From: Patescibacteria group bacterium | GTDB lineage: Bacteria; Patescibacteriota; Patescibacteriia; SG8-24; DYFX01 | DNA length: 64,000 bases | Direction of reading: 5' to 3' | NCBI GenBank assembly: GCA_030583805.1 | Contig: CP129476.1 | Span: forward strand, 437,453-501,452 | Shown: in pieces, positions 1 to 7,958 of the stretch | Layout: every line of letters begins with the position of its first letter | How positions within the stretch are numbered: the first letter of the stretch is position 1 | Program-made: the position numbers and the translations under genes | The notes under the pieces: generated by a model | Seen by the model: the letters and a program-made list of their open reading frames with translations, nothing else | The model's database searches: none | What the model was told of the DNA's origin: nothing

Positions 1-36
1 CAAGAGACCTGTTTCCAGCCTAGGAGAAGCCTCCTA

Positions 37-74
37 TTCCGTCAAATGAAAAAGCCGTACGTCACTGGTACGGC
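37..74 (-). terminator. Putative intrinsic terminator for the 62..616 gene (hairpin gccgtac-N7-gtacggc, T-tract on minus strand)
   Basis: Inverted repeat at about 54-74 preceded on the plus strand by an A-run (45-53), giving a U-tract on the minus transcript. The stop codon of the 62..616 ORF sits in the loop. Confidence 0.35.
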
Positions 75-583
75 TTGAATGGCACCTTCACGGTCGACAC
101 CTTCTCGGGCTCGTCCCAGAGACGTGCCGCGGTCTCCTCGCGCGTCAGGCAGCGCGACGGATCCAGCGGCGTCGGCAGCGTCGCGATCGACCCGTCAGGA
201 AAGATCTCCCAGGTCGGCAACTCGCGCTTCTGCTGCCAATCCGCCTCGCCGAAGACGCCCTTGCCGAACATCTTGTCCGGCCACGCCAGGTGCGCGCCGG
301 CATCGCACGTCGGCAGCACGACCTCGAAGAAGTAGCCCATGCCGGTCGGCTTGCCGTCGGCATCGACATGCGTCTTCTCCCACTCGGCGTATCCGACCTG
401 GTGCTCCGGCCTGTTGGGATTGACGATCTCGTAGTCGGGAAACGCGGCCTCGAGCGCGGCGACGAGCTTGGCTTCGAGCGCCGTATCGTAGGTGTTGATC
501 GGATGACCGAAGTACATCCGCTTCTTTCTGGGCGGACTCTCGTATGGATCGATCACGTAGTCTCCTTTGTTGGACAGGTCCAT
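62..583 (-). CDS. Hypothetical protein, possibly nucleoside 2-deoxyribosyltransferase-like fold; start uncertain
   Basis: The ORF-track start at 616 is a TTG. In-frame ATGs at 583 (MDLSNK...) and 517 (MYFGHPIN...) are more plausible. Composition is protein-like, with no clear family motif. Confidence 0.4.
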   Translation of the reverse strand: MDLSNKGDYVIDPYESPPRKKRMYFGHPINTYDTALEAKLVAALEAAFPDYEIVNPNRPEHQVGYAEWEKTHVDADGKPTGMGYFFEVVLPTCDAGAHLAWPDKMFGKGVFGEADWQQKRELPTWEIFPDGSIATLPTPLDPSRCLTREETAARLWDEPEKVSTVKVPFKPYQ

Positions 584-630
584 CGCTTCTATACCCGCTT
601 TTGCGCGAGCGGTCAAGAAAAGCCCGCACC

Positions 631-1212
631 TTACGGGGCGGGCAAGAGCGACAGCATTTCATTCAGGCGTCCGTCGAGGTCAGTCGCCTGCAAGCGATGA
701 ATCTTCCTTTCGGGAACCTCGAGCAGATCGAACGCCTGCCACAGGCACGCGTCGACCTTCTGCTGAAACGCGGCGTCGGCCGGGCGCATCGCATCGCCCA
801 CGAGCGGAAAGACGCCGCACGGAAAGTACACGAACCGGTCGTACAAGCTGGCGTAATACCGCGCGATCGAGAGCACGGGCCGTTCGAGCACGGAATCGAA
901 CACCGTCGAACGCATCGCCAGGTAATACGCGATGCTGTCGACCGCGCAGCGGTCGGTGATGACGAGCCGGCCGGGCAGAAGCGTCGTATTGACCGCCGGA
1001 TCGATCACGCTCCAAGCGTTCATGTTCATGAGCTCGAAGGCGCCGATGCCGTAGGTGCGGCAGAAGTCGTTGATCGGATGCCCGAATCCGAACGCTTTCA
1101 TCTGGTGCCGCACGGCTTCGGAGAAGAACGCTGCCTCGGGACACAGGAGTTTCAGCGGTTCGAAGACGGACGTCTTGCCGACGCCGTGGGTTCCGGTAAG
1201 AGCGACGAGCAT
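631..1212 (-). CDS. P-loop NTPase (AAA_28-like ATPase/kinase)
   Basis: Walker A motif GTHGVGKTS at the N-terminus and an ATG start. 193 aa. Confidence 0.5.
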   Translation of the reverse strand: MLVALTGTHGVGKTSVFEPLKLLCPEAAFFSEAVRHQMKAFGFGHPINDFCRTYGIGAFELMNMNAWSVIDPAVNTTLLPGRLVITDRCAVDSIAYYLAMRSTVFDSVLERPVLSIARYYASLYDRFVYFPCGVFPLVGDAMRPADAAFQQKVDACLWQAFDLLEVPERKIHRLQATDLDGRLNEMLSLLPAP

Positions 1213-1255
1213 GCGTGCCTCCTCGCGCGAAGCGAACCATCTTTTTTTTCGAATG

Positions 1256-1945
1256 TCAATCCCGGATCACCGTTCCCTTGAAGGCTTTCCCGTCGAGCGC
1301 TTTGGAAATTTCTCCGAGCGCGCGGCCTTTGATCATCTTCACCGTGAGGCCGAGGCGCTGCGCCAGTTTCGCCGCGACGGGATCGAACGGCACGTTCGCG
1401 CCCGGATCCCAGCGGTTGCCGATCATTTTACGAAACGCCTTCCAATCGAGCTTGGGCAAGGGCTTCGCCTTCGCGTTCTTGCGCGGATCGGCGCTGTACA
1501 CGTAATCGATGTCCGAAAGATTGAGCACCGTCGTTGCGCCGAGGCTTGAGGCGAGCAGCGTCGCGCAGTAGTCAGTCGACCAGCCCGGTTTCCAGCCGGC
1601 GGCAATCAGGACCGGCTCGCGGAAGCGCGGCGGTGCGTGCGGATTCTTGATAACGGTCGAGTGCGCGAGTTTTTGGAAAATGGTACGCAGCAAATGCGCG
1701 TTCAAGCGCGTCGAATGAATGCCGATCCAATCGACGTCCTCGCTCGAAAGATGGCCGACGTCCTTGGCGGCTTTCTGGTACTGCCGCGCGGTCGAGCCGC
1801 CGCCGCAAATCAAGACGAAGCGCTCGCCCTTGGCGACGCGCTTCGCGATGAACGCTTTGAACGATTTGAGAAACGCGACGTCGATCCCCGTCTTCGGAAC
1901 GATGAGCGAGCCTCCGAGCGAAATGATGATCGGCGTCTTCTTCAT
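1256..1945 (-). CDS. pyrH: Uridylate (UMP) kinase, amino-acid-kinase family
   Basis: ISLGGSL, ICGGGSTAR, IAAGW-KPGWSTDYCA and SDIDYVYSADPRKNAKAK motifs match amino-acid-kinase/UMP-kinase signatures. Confidence 0.6.
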   Translation of the reverse strand: MKKTPIIISLGGSLIVPKTGIDVAFLKSFKAFIAKRVAKGERFVLICGGGSTARQYQKAAKDVGHLSSEDVDWIGIHSTRLNAHLLRTIFQKLAHSTVIKNPHAPPRFREPVLIAAGWKPGWSTDYCATLLASSLGATTVLNLSDIDYVYSADPRKNAKAKPLPKLDWKAFRKMIGNRWDPGANVPFDPVAAKLAQRLGLTVKMIKGRALGEISKALDGKAFKGTVIRD

Positions 1946-2073
1946 TTGAATTTGAAATTCTTGGGAAAGCCTTTGATGCGCTTCAAGGACGCTTGGCCGC
2001 GGAAACTGCTGGGCGTGCGATAGCCCGGCCCCTTGCGGTTCCCTCCGAACGAACGGGCGTTATTCTTGCTCAT
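1942..2073 (-). CDS. Candidate 43-aa highly basic small protein, stop overlaps pyrH ATG (ATGA)
   Basis: ATG at 2071-2073 with a GGAG about 10 nt upstream. Peptide is MSKNNARSFGGNRKGPGYRTPSSFRGQASLKRIKGFPKNFKFK. Shorter than 60 aa, so it is not a separate entry in the ORF track (tail of the 1942..2211 ORF). Confidence 0.25.
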   Translation of the reverse strand: MSKNNARSFGGNRKGPGYRTPSSFRGQASLKRIKGFPKNFKFK

Positions 2074-2785
2074 GGCGCGAAAGCTCCAGGCGCGCGATGT
2101 TCTCAACGTACCGCTTGCAAAGCTCTCCGCCCGCCATGGAACGCATGGAGTCGGCTTCGCGCACGAAGGCGACGGCTCCGCCGAGCACGGAAAGCGCGCA
2201 TGCGGCCACAAAGCGATCCGAGGGCCCCATCGCCATCAATACCGCGAGACCGGCCATGAACGAAATACCGAGCAGGCCGTTCGAAAGTTGGGACGGAAGG
2301 CTGCCGCTCCACAGTTCCTGAATGCGCTGGCGTGCTCCCGCGACCGTTCCGGCCGCTTCCAACAAATCGCGATAGAGCACGCGCTCTTTTTCGCTGTCGA
2401 GGCTCGGGATCTGATAGAGATGATAGCTCAGCTTGCGAAACTGGCCGTTGGTTTCCTGATACTGCGAAAAACTCTTTTTATCGAAGGCGGTGAGGTACGC
2501 GTACAAATGGCCGTGCAGATCGGTGAACCACTGGCGATGCTTCGTCTCCGCACCGAGGTTCTTGCCGAGGTGATACACGCGACGGAGCTTGTTGAGTTCG
2601 ATCGCGATCCACTCGGCAAGCTTGTCATGCCGAGAGAGGGCGCGCGCGGCGACTACGGCCAACAAGGCCGCGACCGTGATGAGCGCGCCGGCGGCGAGAG
2701 CGGCCGAACCGGCCGAAACAGGCGCGAACGACGCCACGATGAATGAAGCGGCCACGATTGCGAGTATGCGCTTGGTCATCGACAT
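2060..2785 (-). CDS. Membrane protein of unknown function (N- and C-terminal hydrophobic segments)
   Basis: 241 aa with hydrophobic N-terminus MSMTKRILAIVAASFIVASF.. and a second hydrophobic block near the C-terminus. Confidence 0.45.
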   Translation of the reverse strand: MSMTKRILAIVAASFIVASFAPVSAGSAALAAGALITVAALLAVVAARALSRHDKLAEWIAIELNKLRRVYHLGKNLGAETKHRQWFTDLHGHLYAYLTAFDKKSFSQYQETNGQFRKLSYHLYQIPSLDSEKERVLYRDLLEAAGTVAGARQRIQELWSGSLPSQLSNGLLGISFMAGLAVLMAMGPSDRFVAACALSVLGGAVAFVREADSMRSMAGGELCKRYVENIARLELSRHEQE

Positions 2786-2788
2786 AGA

Positions 2789-3130
2789 CTAGTCGTTTTG
2801 AAGCAAACTGTTGGTAATCACGCTCATCGCCCAGAGCACGAGGGCGCCGAGCAGCGCGGGCACGAAACCGTCGATCGCGAAGCCTTTGACGACGGTCGAA
2901 ACGAACCACAGCAAGAGCGCGTTGATCACGAAGGTAAAAAGACCGAGCGTCACGATCGTGATCGGCAGAGTAAGCAAAATCAGAAGCGGACGAATGAGCG
3001 CGTTCACGATGCCGAGTATCAGCGCGGCCATGAGCGCCGTGTAAAAGCCGGCGACGTGCACGCCCGGAACCAGATAGGCCACGAGGAGCAGCGCGGCCGC
3101 GTTCAAAACCCAGCGGAGAAAAAGTTGCAT
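2789..3130 (-). CDS. Small 4-TM membrane protein (DUF360 / phage-holin-4-like family)
   Basis: 113 aa, almost entirely hydrophobic helices (LLLVAYLVPGV..., ILGIVNALIRPLLILLTLPITIVTLGLF...). Confidence 0.5.
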   Translation of the reverse strand: MQLFLRWVLNAAALLLVAYLVPGVHVAGFYTALMAALILGIVNALIRPLLILLTLPITIVTLGLFTFVINALLLWFVSTVVKGFAIDGFVPALLGALVLWAMSVITNSLLQND

Positions 3131-3131
3131 A

Positions 3132-3395
3132 TTAGAGAAGGCGGGCTTGGTCGTCTTCCTCTTCGATGTTCGACTCTTCGTCTGCGAAGCCCGAGAATTT
3201 TTCCTTGATCTGCGTCACTTTGTTTTCAACCTCGGCCAATCGACCGCGGCACTTTTTCGCGAGCTCAAGCCCCCGCTCGAATTTTTTCAAACCCTCCTCG
3301 AGATCCACCTCGGAGGACTCGAACCAGCGGACGATCTCTTCGAGCTCCTTGAAGGCTTCGGCGAAGTTGGCTTTCTTGGCTTCCTTGGCAGGCAT
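3132..3395 (-). CDS. xseB: Exodeoxyribonuclease VII small subunit
   Basis: 87-aa helical protein (FEEAFKELEEIVRWFE...LEEGLKKFERG..L...C) immediately downstream of xseA with a 1-nt gap. Confidence 0.75.
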   Translation of the reverse strand: MPAKEAKKANFAEAFKELEEIVRWFESSEVDLEEGLKKFERGLELAKKCRGRLAEVENKVTQIKEKFSGFADEESNIEEEDDQARLL

Positions 3396-3396
3396 A

Positions 3397-4587
3397 TCAG
3401 TGGGTGTCGATAACTTCGGCTTTCAGCGTTCCTGTGGCCAATTGTACGGCAATTGCTGCGCCTTTGTCCACGCGGCCGGCATCCCGTACCAACGCGCCCG
3501 CACCGTCGCGCACGATGGCGTACCCGCGCTTCAACACCGCCCTTGGGTCGTAGGATGAGAGCAGCCGCTCGTCGCGCTCGACCGCACCAAAGAGCACTTT
3601 CAGGCGCCCCTCGAAATTCGAGAGCTGCAGCTCAAGATCCGACATGACGGCATCGAACTCCGCGCGCGCGGAACGCACTTGCTCCTGAAGCTGATGCTCG
3701 AGATCGAACAGGCGGTGGCCGAGTCGAGCGATCTCCCTTTCCATGCCGCCCTCGATCGTGCGGACGCAGCCATCGATCACCCCCTCGAGCTCGCGGCGAT
3801 CCGGCACCAGGCGCTCGGCGGCATTTGAAGGCGTCGAAGCGCGTACGTCGGCAACGTAATCGGCCAGCGTTTCGTCGCGCTCGTGTCCAACGCCCACAAT
3901 GACCGGGATCTTCGACCCGAAAATCGCGCGGACGACCTCTTCCGAGTTGAAGGCGTGCAGATCTTCCATCGCGCCGCCGCCGCGCGTCAGCACGAGGACT
4001 TCGGCAAGTTCCGGATGCGCGTTGAAATACGCGAACGCGCCGACGATGTCGCTCACGGCGTCGCGGCCTTGCACTTGCACGTGCGCGGAATGCACCTGAA
4101 GGCCGCCCCAGCGATTTCCGAGGATGCGGAGGAAGTCCGTGTAAGCGGCGGATTCCTTCGACGCGATAAGACCGACGCGTTCGGGAAAACGAGGCAGCGG
4201 ACGCTTGCGCCCCGGCGCGAACAAACCTTCCGTTTCCAATTTCTTTTTCAACAGCTCAAAAGCGCGTTTGAGCGCTCCCTCCCCCACCATTTCGACGCGA
4301 TCGACGTTCACCGAAAATTTTCCGCTTTTCGGATGCACTTTCGGCACGCCGTGGACGCGCACTTTCATTCCGTCTTCGAGCGGTTGGCGCAGCTGCCAGA
4401 CCGTCGAAAAACACGACACGACGGCGGTCGCATCCTTCAACAGGAACCAGACCCACTTATCCTGACTGACGCGGTATTCCGCGACTTCGCCCTCGATCGT
4501 CGCGCCATACGGAAAAAGCGCCTCCTCTAAAGCGGCGTTCAGTCCTTGGACGAATTGGCTGACGGAGAGGGCCTGAGGCTCGGTCAT
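3397..4587 (-). CDS. xseA: Exodeoxyribonuclease VII large subunit
   Basis: N-terminal OB-fold (LSVSQFVQGLNAALEE...VWFLLKD) followed by the catalytic region. True start is the ATG at 4585-4587 (MTEPQALSV), not the upstream extension in the ORF track. Confidence 0.75.
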   Translation of the reverse strand: MTEPQALSVSQFVQGLNAALEEALFPYGATIEGEVAEYRVSQDKWVWFLLKDATAVVSCFSTVWQLRQPLEDGMKVRVHGVPKVHPKSGKFSVNVDRVEMVGEGALKRAFELLKKKLETEGLFAPGRKRPLPRFPERVGLIASKESAAYTDFLRILGNRWGGLQVHSAHVQVQGRDAVSDIVGAFAYFNAHPELAEVLVLTRGGGAMEDLHAFNSEEVVRAIFGSKIPVIVGVGHERDETLADYVADVRASTPSNAAERLVPDRRELEGVIDGCVRTIEGGMEREIARLGHRLFDLEHQLQEQVRSARAEFDAVMSDLELQLSNFEGRLKVLFGAVERDERLLSSYDPRAVLKRGYAIVRDGAGALVRDAGRVDKGAAIAVQLATGTLKAEVIDTH

Positions 4588-4665
4588 GGGCAACAGTATA
4601 AAGGATTGACGGAGAGTCGGGAAACCGCTACGGTCACCCCATCGGCAAAAGCCGGCGGAGGTGCC

Positions 4666-4959
4666 ATGCGACAGGTCAGCGTTCAGCACAAGCCCGGGTA
4701 CGTTCACGGCGTAGGGTTGCAGGATGCGCTCTACAAGTTCCTCCACCCGAATGCGAGCGAACACGAAGTCATCGCGCGGCGCGGAGAGATCAAGATCGTG
4801 CCCGCCGAGGCGACGGAAACGCCCGTGACCATCTTGATCACAGGCCCGTTCGATTCAGAGCTGATGATCGAGCTGCGAAGAGTCGCGCTCCACGTCATCC
4901 AGTGCTTCATCCCGCCAGGTCGGACGATGCCGGACGTGCACGTCCACAGCTGCGCCTGA
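4666..4959 (+). CDS. Hypothetical 97-aa protein
   Basis: ATG at 4666 preceded by a strong SD GGAGGT (4655-4660) at optimal spacing, in an otherwise gene-free gap between xseA and the kelch gene. Confidence 0.35.
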   Translation: MRQVSVQHKPGYVHGVGLQDALYKFLHPNASEHEVIARRGEIKIVPAEATETPVTILITGPFDSELMIELRRVALHVIQCFIPPGRTMPDVHVHSCA

Positions 4960-4997
4960 ATGCCGTTCCGCCAGCAAGGATCCAGACGGATCCTTTT

Positions 4998-6041
4998 TTA
5001 TTTCGTTTCGTCGCTCAGGATGAGCACTTCATTCAAGTCACTGACCGAAAACCCCTTGGCACGGCCGCCGCCGAGCACATAGACGCGATTCTTGTAGGAA
5101 ACGACGCCGGCGCCCTGGCGCGGATGCGGCACGGCGATCGGTGATGCGGACCACGTTTTCGTTTTCGGATCGAAGACGTCGATGACAGCCGGTATGCCGA
5201 TGGTATTCACGCCGCCGATGGCATAGATTTTTCCCTCGTGAACGAACGTGCCGAACGAGCTGCGCGGTACCGGCATATCAGGCAGCGAGCTCCACAGCTC
5301 CTCCTCCGTGAACTTCTCCACGGAAGTGAGATCCTTACGTGAACCGCCTCGTCCGCCGATGGCGTACAACGCGCCGTCCAACGAAACAAGCTGATGGCCG
5401 CGGCGCGGCGTCGGCATGGTGGGCAGCCCGTTCCATCCCTTGCGTTCAAGCGCGTAAACCTCGAAGGCGCCATCGGTACCGGCCGTCGTGATTCCGCCCA
5501 GGACGCGCAGATGGCCGTCAGCGGCGGTTGAAGCGGCGTCGCCGCGGAAGTCATTGAGCTGGCCGAGTTCGGTCCAGGTGTTGCGGACCGGGTCATACGC
5601 GTAAACGCTGTCGAGAGGACGGGAAGAAATGCCGGTCATGCCGCCGACCGCGAAAATATTCGTTCCGTCCGTCGTAACGGCAAGATGATGCAGGGCTTGC
5701 GGCAACGCCGCGCCTTCGCTCCAAGTATCTGTCAGAATGTCGTAAATCAGCACGGTCGTGAGCGTGCGCAGATACCCGTCGCGTCCGCCGATCAAAAAGA
5801 TGCGTTCGCCGACGCGCGCAGCTCCAAAATCCGTCAACGCAAACGGTATCGGGGAGGCGGTCTCCCAATGCGTGCCCGTACCGCGCTGGCCGATCGGCGT
5901 CGTCGTAGCCGAAGCGTCCTCTCTCAGCACGTAGGAGATTCCCGGCAGCGTGCGCACGCGACTCCAATCCCAACCCTGAACGCTGTGCAAGTACGCGCCG
6001 ACGCCGACGAGCAATACGAGAAGCCAGAAAAGCTTTTTCAT
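4998..6041 (-). CDS. Kelch-repeat beta-propeller protein with N-terminal signal/anchor
   Basis: Repeated GG-containing kelch blades (LIGGRDG, FAVGGMTG, LGGITTAG, AIGGRGG, AIGGVN, VLGGGR) and an N-terminal hydrophobic helix. Confidence 0.65.
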   Translation of the reverse strand: MKKLFWLLVLLVGVGAYLHSVQGWDWSRVRTLPGISYVLREDASATTTPIGQRGTGTHWETASPIPFALTDFGAARVGERIFLIGGRDGYLRTLTTVLIYDILTDTWSEGAALPQALHHLAVTTDGTNIFAVGGMTGISSRPLDSVYAYDPVRNTWTELGQLNDFRGDAASTAADGHLRVLGGITTAGTDGAFEVYALERKGWNGLPTMPTPRRGHQLVSLDGALYAIGGRGGSRKDLTSVEKFTEEELWSSLPDMPVPRSSFGTFVHEGKIYAIGGVNTIGIPAVIDVFDPKTKTWSASPIAVPHPRQGAGVVSYKNRVYVLGGGRAKGFSVSDLNEVLILSDETK

Positions 6042-6496
6042 CCGTTCTGATCCCAGGACTTTCGCCCTTTCTTGATATCGGCGAGCAGGAAGCGCGCGCC
6101 GGTGTTATCCTTCGGATTCAATTTTACGACGGCGTTCAGGCGCTTCTCCGCTTCCTTCGTATCGCCGCGTCGGAATGCCACGAGCGCCGCGCCGTGGAGC
6201 GCGCGCAAGAGCGTGCGGTCGTGCGGCGCATTCCAATCGACATGCGTCGGCATTTTTCCCTTGTAGAACTTGAGTGCGATCTTCCGTGCCTTCTCGTGCA
6301 TCGCCTCCGCTTCATCAAGACGCTTCTCGTGAAACGCGACGGTACCGAGACCGTTCAACGCGTCGGCGTGATGCGGATCAGTCGCGAGGACGCCGAGAAA
6401 CGCCTCTTCGGCGTCGCTGAGCGCGCCCGCCTGGAGCGCCGCCCAGCCGGCGGAAAACAAGTGCTCGATCTCTTGGGGAGGAAGTGCGGATTTCAT
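6038..6496 (-). CDS. TPR-repeat protein
   Basis: TPR-like helices (ALNGLGTVAFHEKRLDEAEAMHEKA, ALHGAALVAFRRGDTKEAEKRL). Real start is the ATG at 6494-6496 (MKSALPP); the upstream part of the ORF-track frame is low-complexity and overlaps the GerMN gene. Confidence 0.55.
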   Translation of the reverse strand: MKSALPPQEIEHLFSAGWAALQAGALSDAEEAFLGVLATDPHHADALNGLGTVAFHEKRLDEAEAMHEKARKIALKFYKGKMPTHVDWNAPHDRTLLRALHGAALVAFRRGDTKEAEKRLNAVVKLNPKDNTGARFLLADIKKGRKSWDQNG

Positions 6497-6497
6497 A

Positions 6498-7169
6498 TCA
6501 GGGTTGGAGCGTTTCTGCGGGACTTTTCTCTCCGGCCACGATCTCGATGGCGCCGTTGGCGGGAACCATGCCTTGCGCCCGCGCCGTCGCTTCGATCTGC
6601 GCGCGGATCGCCCCGACCCGGCACGAACCGGCGACTCCGCGATCGAGCCTCTCATCGAACGTGAAGACGTTGCGACCCTCTTCGGAATCGAAGCTGAGGA
6701 ACTCGACGTTTGCCGGAATCGCGGTTTCGTATCCGGCCGCGCGCTCCTCCTTTGTCGGTCCGTCCAGCAAGGCCTGCATGGTCGGATAGTCATCCGGGAA
6801 GCGCACGAGCGAGCGTTCGACGGGAAACACTTTTTCGCACGTCTGTTCCGGATCGAGTTTATCGTTCAAGAAATACAGGCGGACGGTTTCCGGTTCAACG
6901 TCGTCGTCCTCCAAGAATTCACACTTCTGTACGCACATCAGGATGCACGCTTCGGCGTCCGGAGGGCAGGCGGAAGCGCATTCATTCCAAAAGCCGCCGG
7001 CGGCTTCGCAAATGTATTTCGAATCCGGTTCAATTTGTTGCTGAAGCGTTCCCGGATCCGGCAGGCCTTCGACCGGATCCTGGGCATTCGTATAGAGCCA
7101 GGCGCCGAGCGCCAAGATGGCAAGCGCAGCAAAAATGGCGAGAAGGTGCTTGAGCGGAATTTTGTTCAT
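6498..7169 (-). CDS. GerMN-domain lipoprotein-like protein with a Cys-rich stretch
   Basis: N-terminal hydrophobic anchor, then a C-terminal GerMN-like region (TVRLYFLND...QALLDGPTKEER..GYETAIP). Also a CEAAGGFWNECASACPPDAEACILMCVQKCEF segment. Confidence 0.5.
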   Translation of the reverse strand: MNKIPLKHLLAIFAALAILALGAWLYTNAQDPVEGLPDPGTLQQQIEPDSKYICEAAGGFWNECASACPPDAEACILMCVQKCEFLEDDDVEPETVRLYFLNDKLDPEQTCEKVFPVERSLVRFPDDYPTMQALLDGPTKEERAAGYETAIPANVEFLSFDSEEGRNVFTFDERLDRGVAGSCRVGAIRAQIEATARAQGMVPANGAIEIVAGEKSPAETLQP

Positions 7170-7170
7170 A

Positions 7171-7497
7171 TCATTTCAAACACGTTTGTACGGCCGCGGC
7201 TTCCTCGGCGGTGAACTGTCCAGCAAGCACGGCCTGGACGCGCGACGGCTTGATCGACGCCTGCAAGCAAAGTATTTGCTTCGGGGTAAGGTTCTTGGCT
7301 TGTTCCTGCCATTCTGGCGGTAAGCCCTCCCGGATCGCTTCGGGTATGCGCGGAGGCCGGGTTTCCGCATCAATCGCGGATTCAACACCAAAGTTCGGTT
7401 CTCCGATCCAGGCAAAACTATACTCTGTAAGGCGGTATCCAGCGTACATGGACGCGCCGAACCAGAGCAGCGCCCAGAAAAAAGCGCCCGCTTTCAT
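7171..7497 (-). CDS. Hypothetical small membrane-anchored protein
   Basis: 108 aa, N-terminal TM helix MKAGAFFWALLWFGASMYAGY, ATG start. Confidence 0.4.
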   Translation of the reverse strand: MKAGAFFWALLWFGASMYAGYRLTEYSFAWIGEPNFGVESAIDAETRPPRIPEAIREGLPPEWQEQAKNLTPKQILCLQASIKPSRVQAVLAGQFTAEEAAAVQTCLK

Positions 7498-7498
7498 A

Positions 7499-7705
7499 TT
7501 ACCGGCCTCCCTGCATGAACGATTTCACGACCTGCTCCTGCAGACCCTGAATCATCTCGGGCAGCGGGTTCTCGAGCAGGAACCAAAGCAGTCCGCCGAG
7601 CAACCAGCCGTAAAAGGCCACTTGCAGTACCAACTTTATAATCGTGAGCACCTTGATGACGGTATCGAGGCCGCTCGTTTTGGGGGTTTGGGTAGTGTCT
7701 TGCAT
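7499..7705 (-). CDS. Hypothetical 68-aa membrane protein
   Basis: ATG at 7703-7705. MQDTTQTPKT...LVLQVAFYGWLLGGLLWFLLENPLPEMIQ... This is the only protein-like part of the long antisense ORF 7499..8605. Confidence 0.4.
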   Translation of the reverse strand: MQDTTQTPKTSGLDTVIKVLTIIKLVLQVAFYGWLLGGLLWFLLENPLPEMIQGLQEQVVKSFMQGGR

Positions 7706-7745
7706 GATCAAAGTGTACCATGTAGCCTGAAGCCGAACCACATCT

Positions 7746-7904
7746 ATGGACGCATGCTGCAAAAACAAGGACGAGGCCGAAAAGAAGGACAAGGAAGAGG
7801 GTTGCTGCGAAGCATGCCCGGACAAGGGATGCGACGGCTGCGAGTGCTCGAAGCCTGAAAACACCCAGGGCTGCTGCGGCGGCTGCGACTGCGGGAACCG
7901 GTAA
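7746..7904 (+). CDS. Metallothionein-like Cys-rich small protein (52 aa, 12 Cys)
   Basis: ATG at 7746, TAA at 7902. MDACCKNKDEAEKKDKEEGCCEACPDKGCDGCECSKPENTQGCCGGCDCGNR with CC, CxC and CxxC clusters. Not in the ORF track because it is shorter than 60 aa. Confidence 0.4.
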   Translation: MDACCKNKDEAEKKDKEEGCCEACPDKGCDGCECSKPENTQGCCGGCDCGNR

Positions 7905-7958
7905 ATGCCGGTTCTTTCGTTTTTATGGTACGATTCCTTCCATAAGAGGCCGTTGACT

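Noticed and set aside
2033-2746. 237-aa plus-strand ORF
   Set aside because: Antisense to the 2060..2785 membrane-protein gene, and Arg/Glu-rich.
6194-6664. 156-aa plus-strand ORF inside the TPR/GerMN region
   Set aside because: Antisense to the tightly packed minus-strand operon. Arg-rich with no start-context support.
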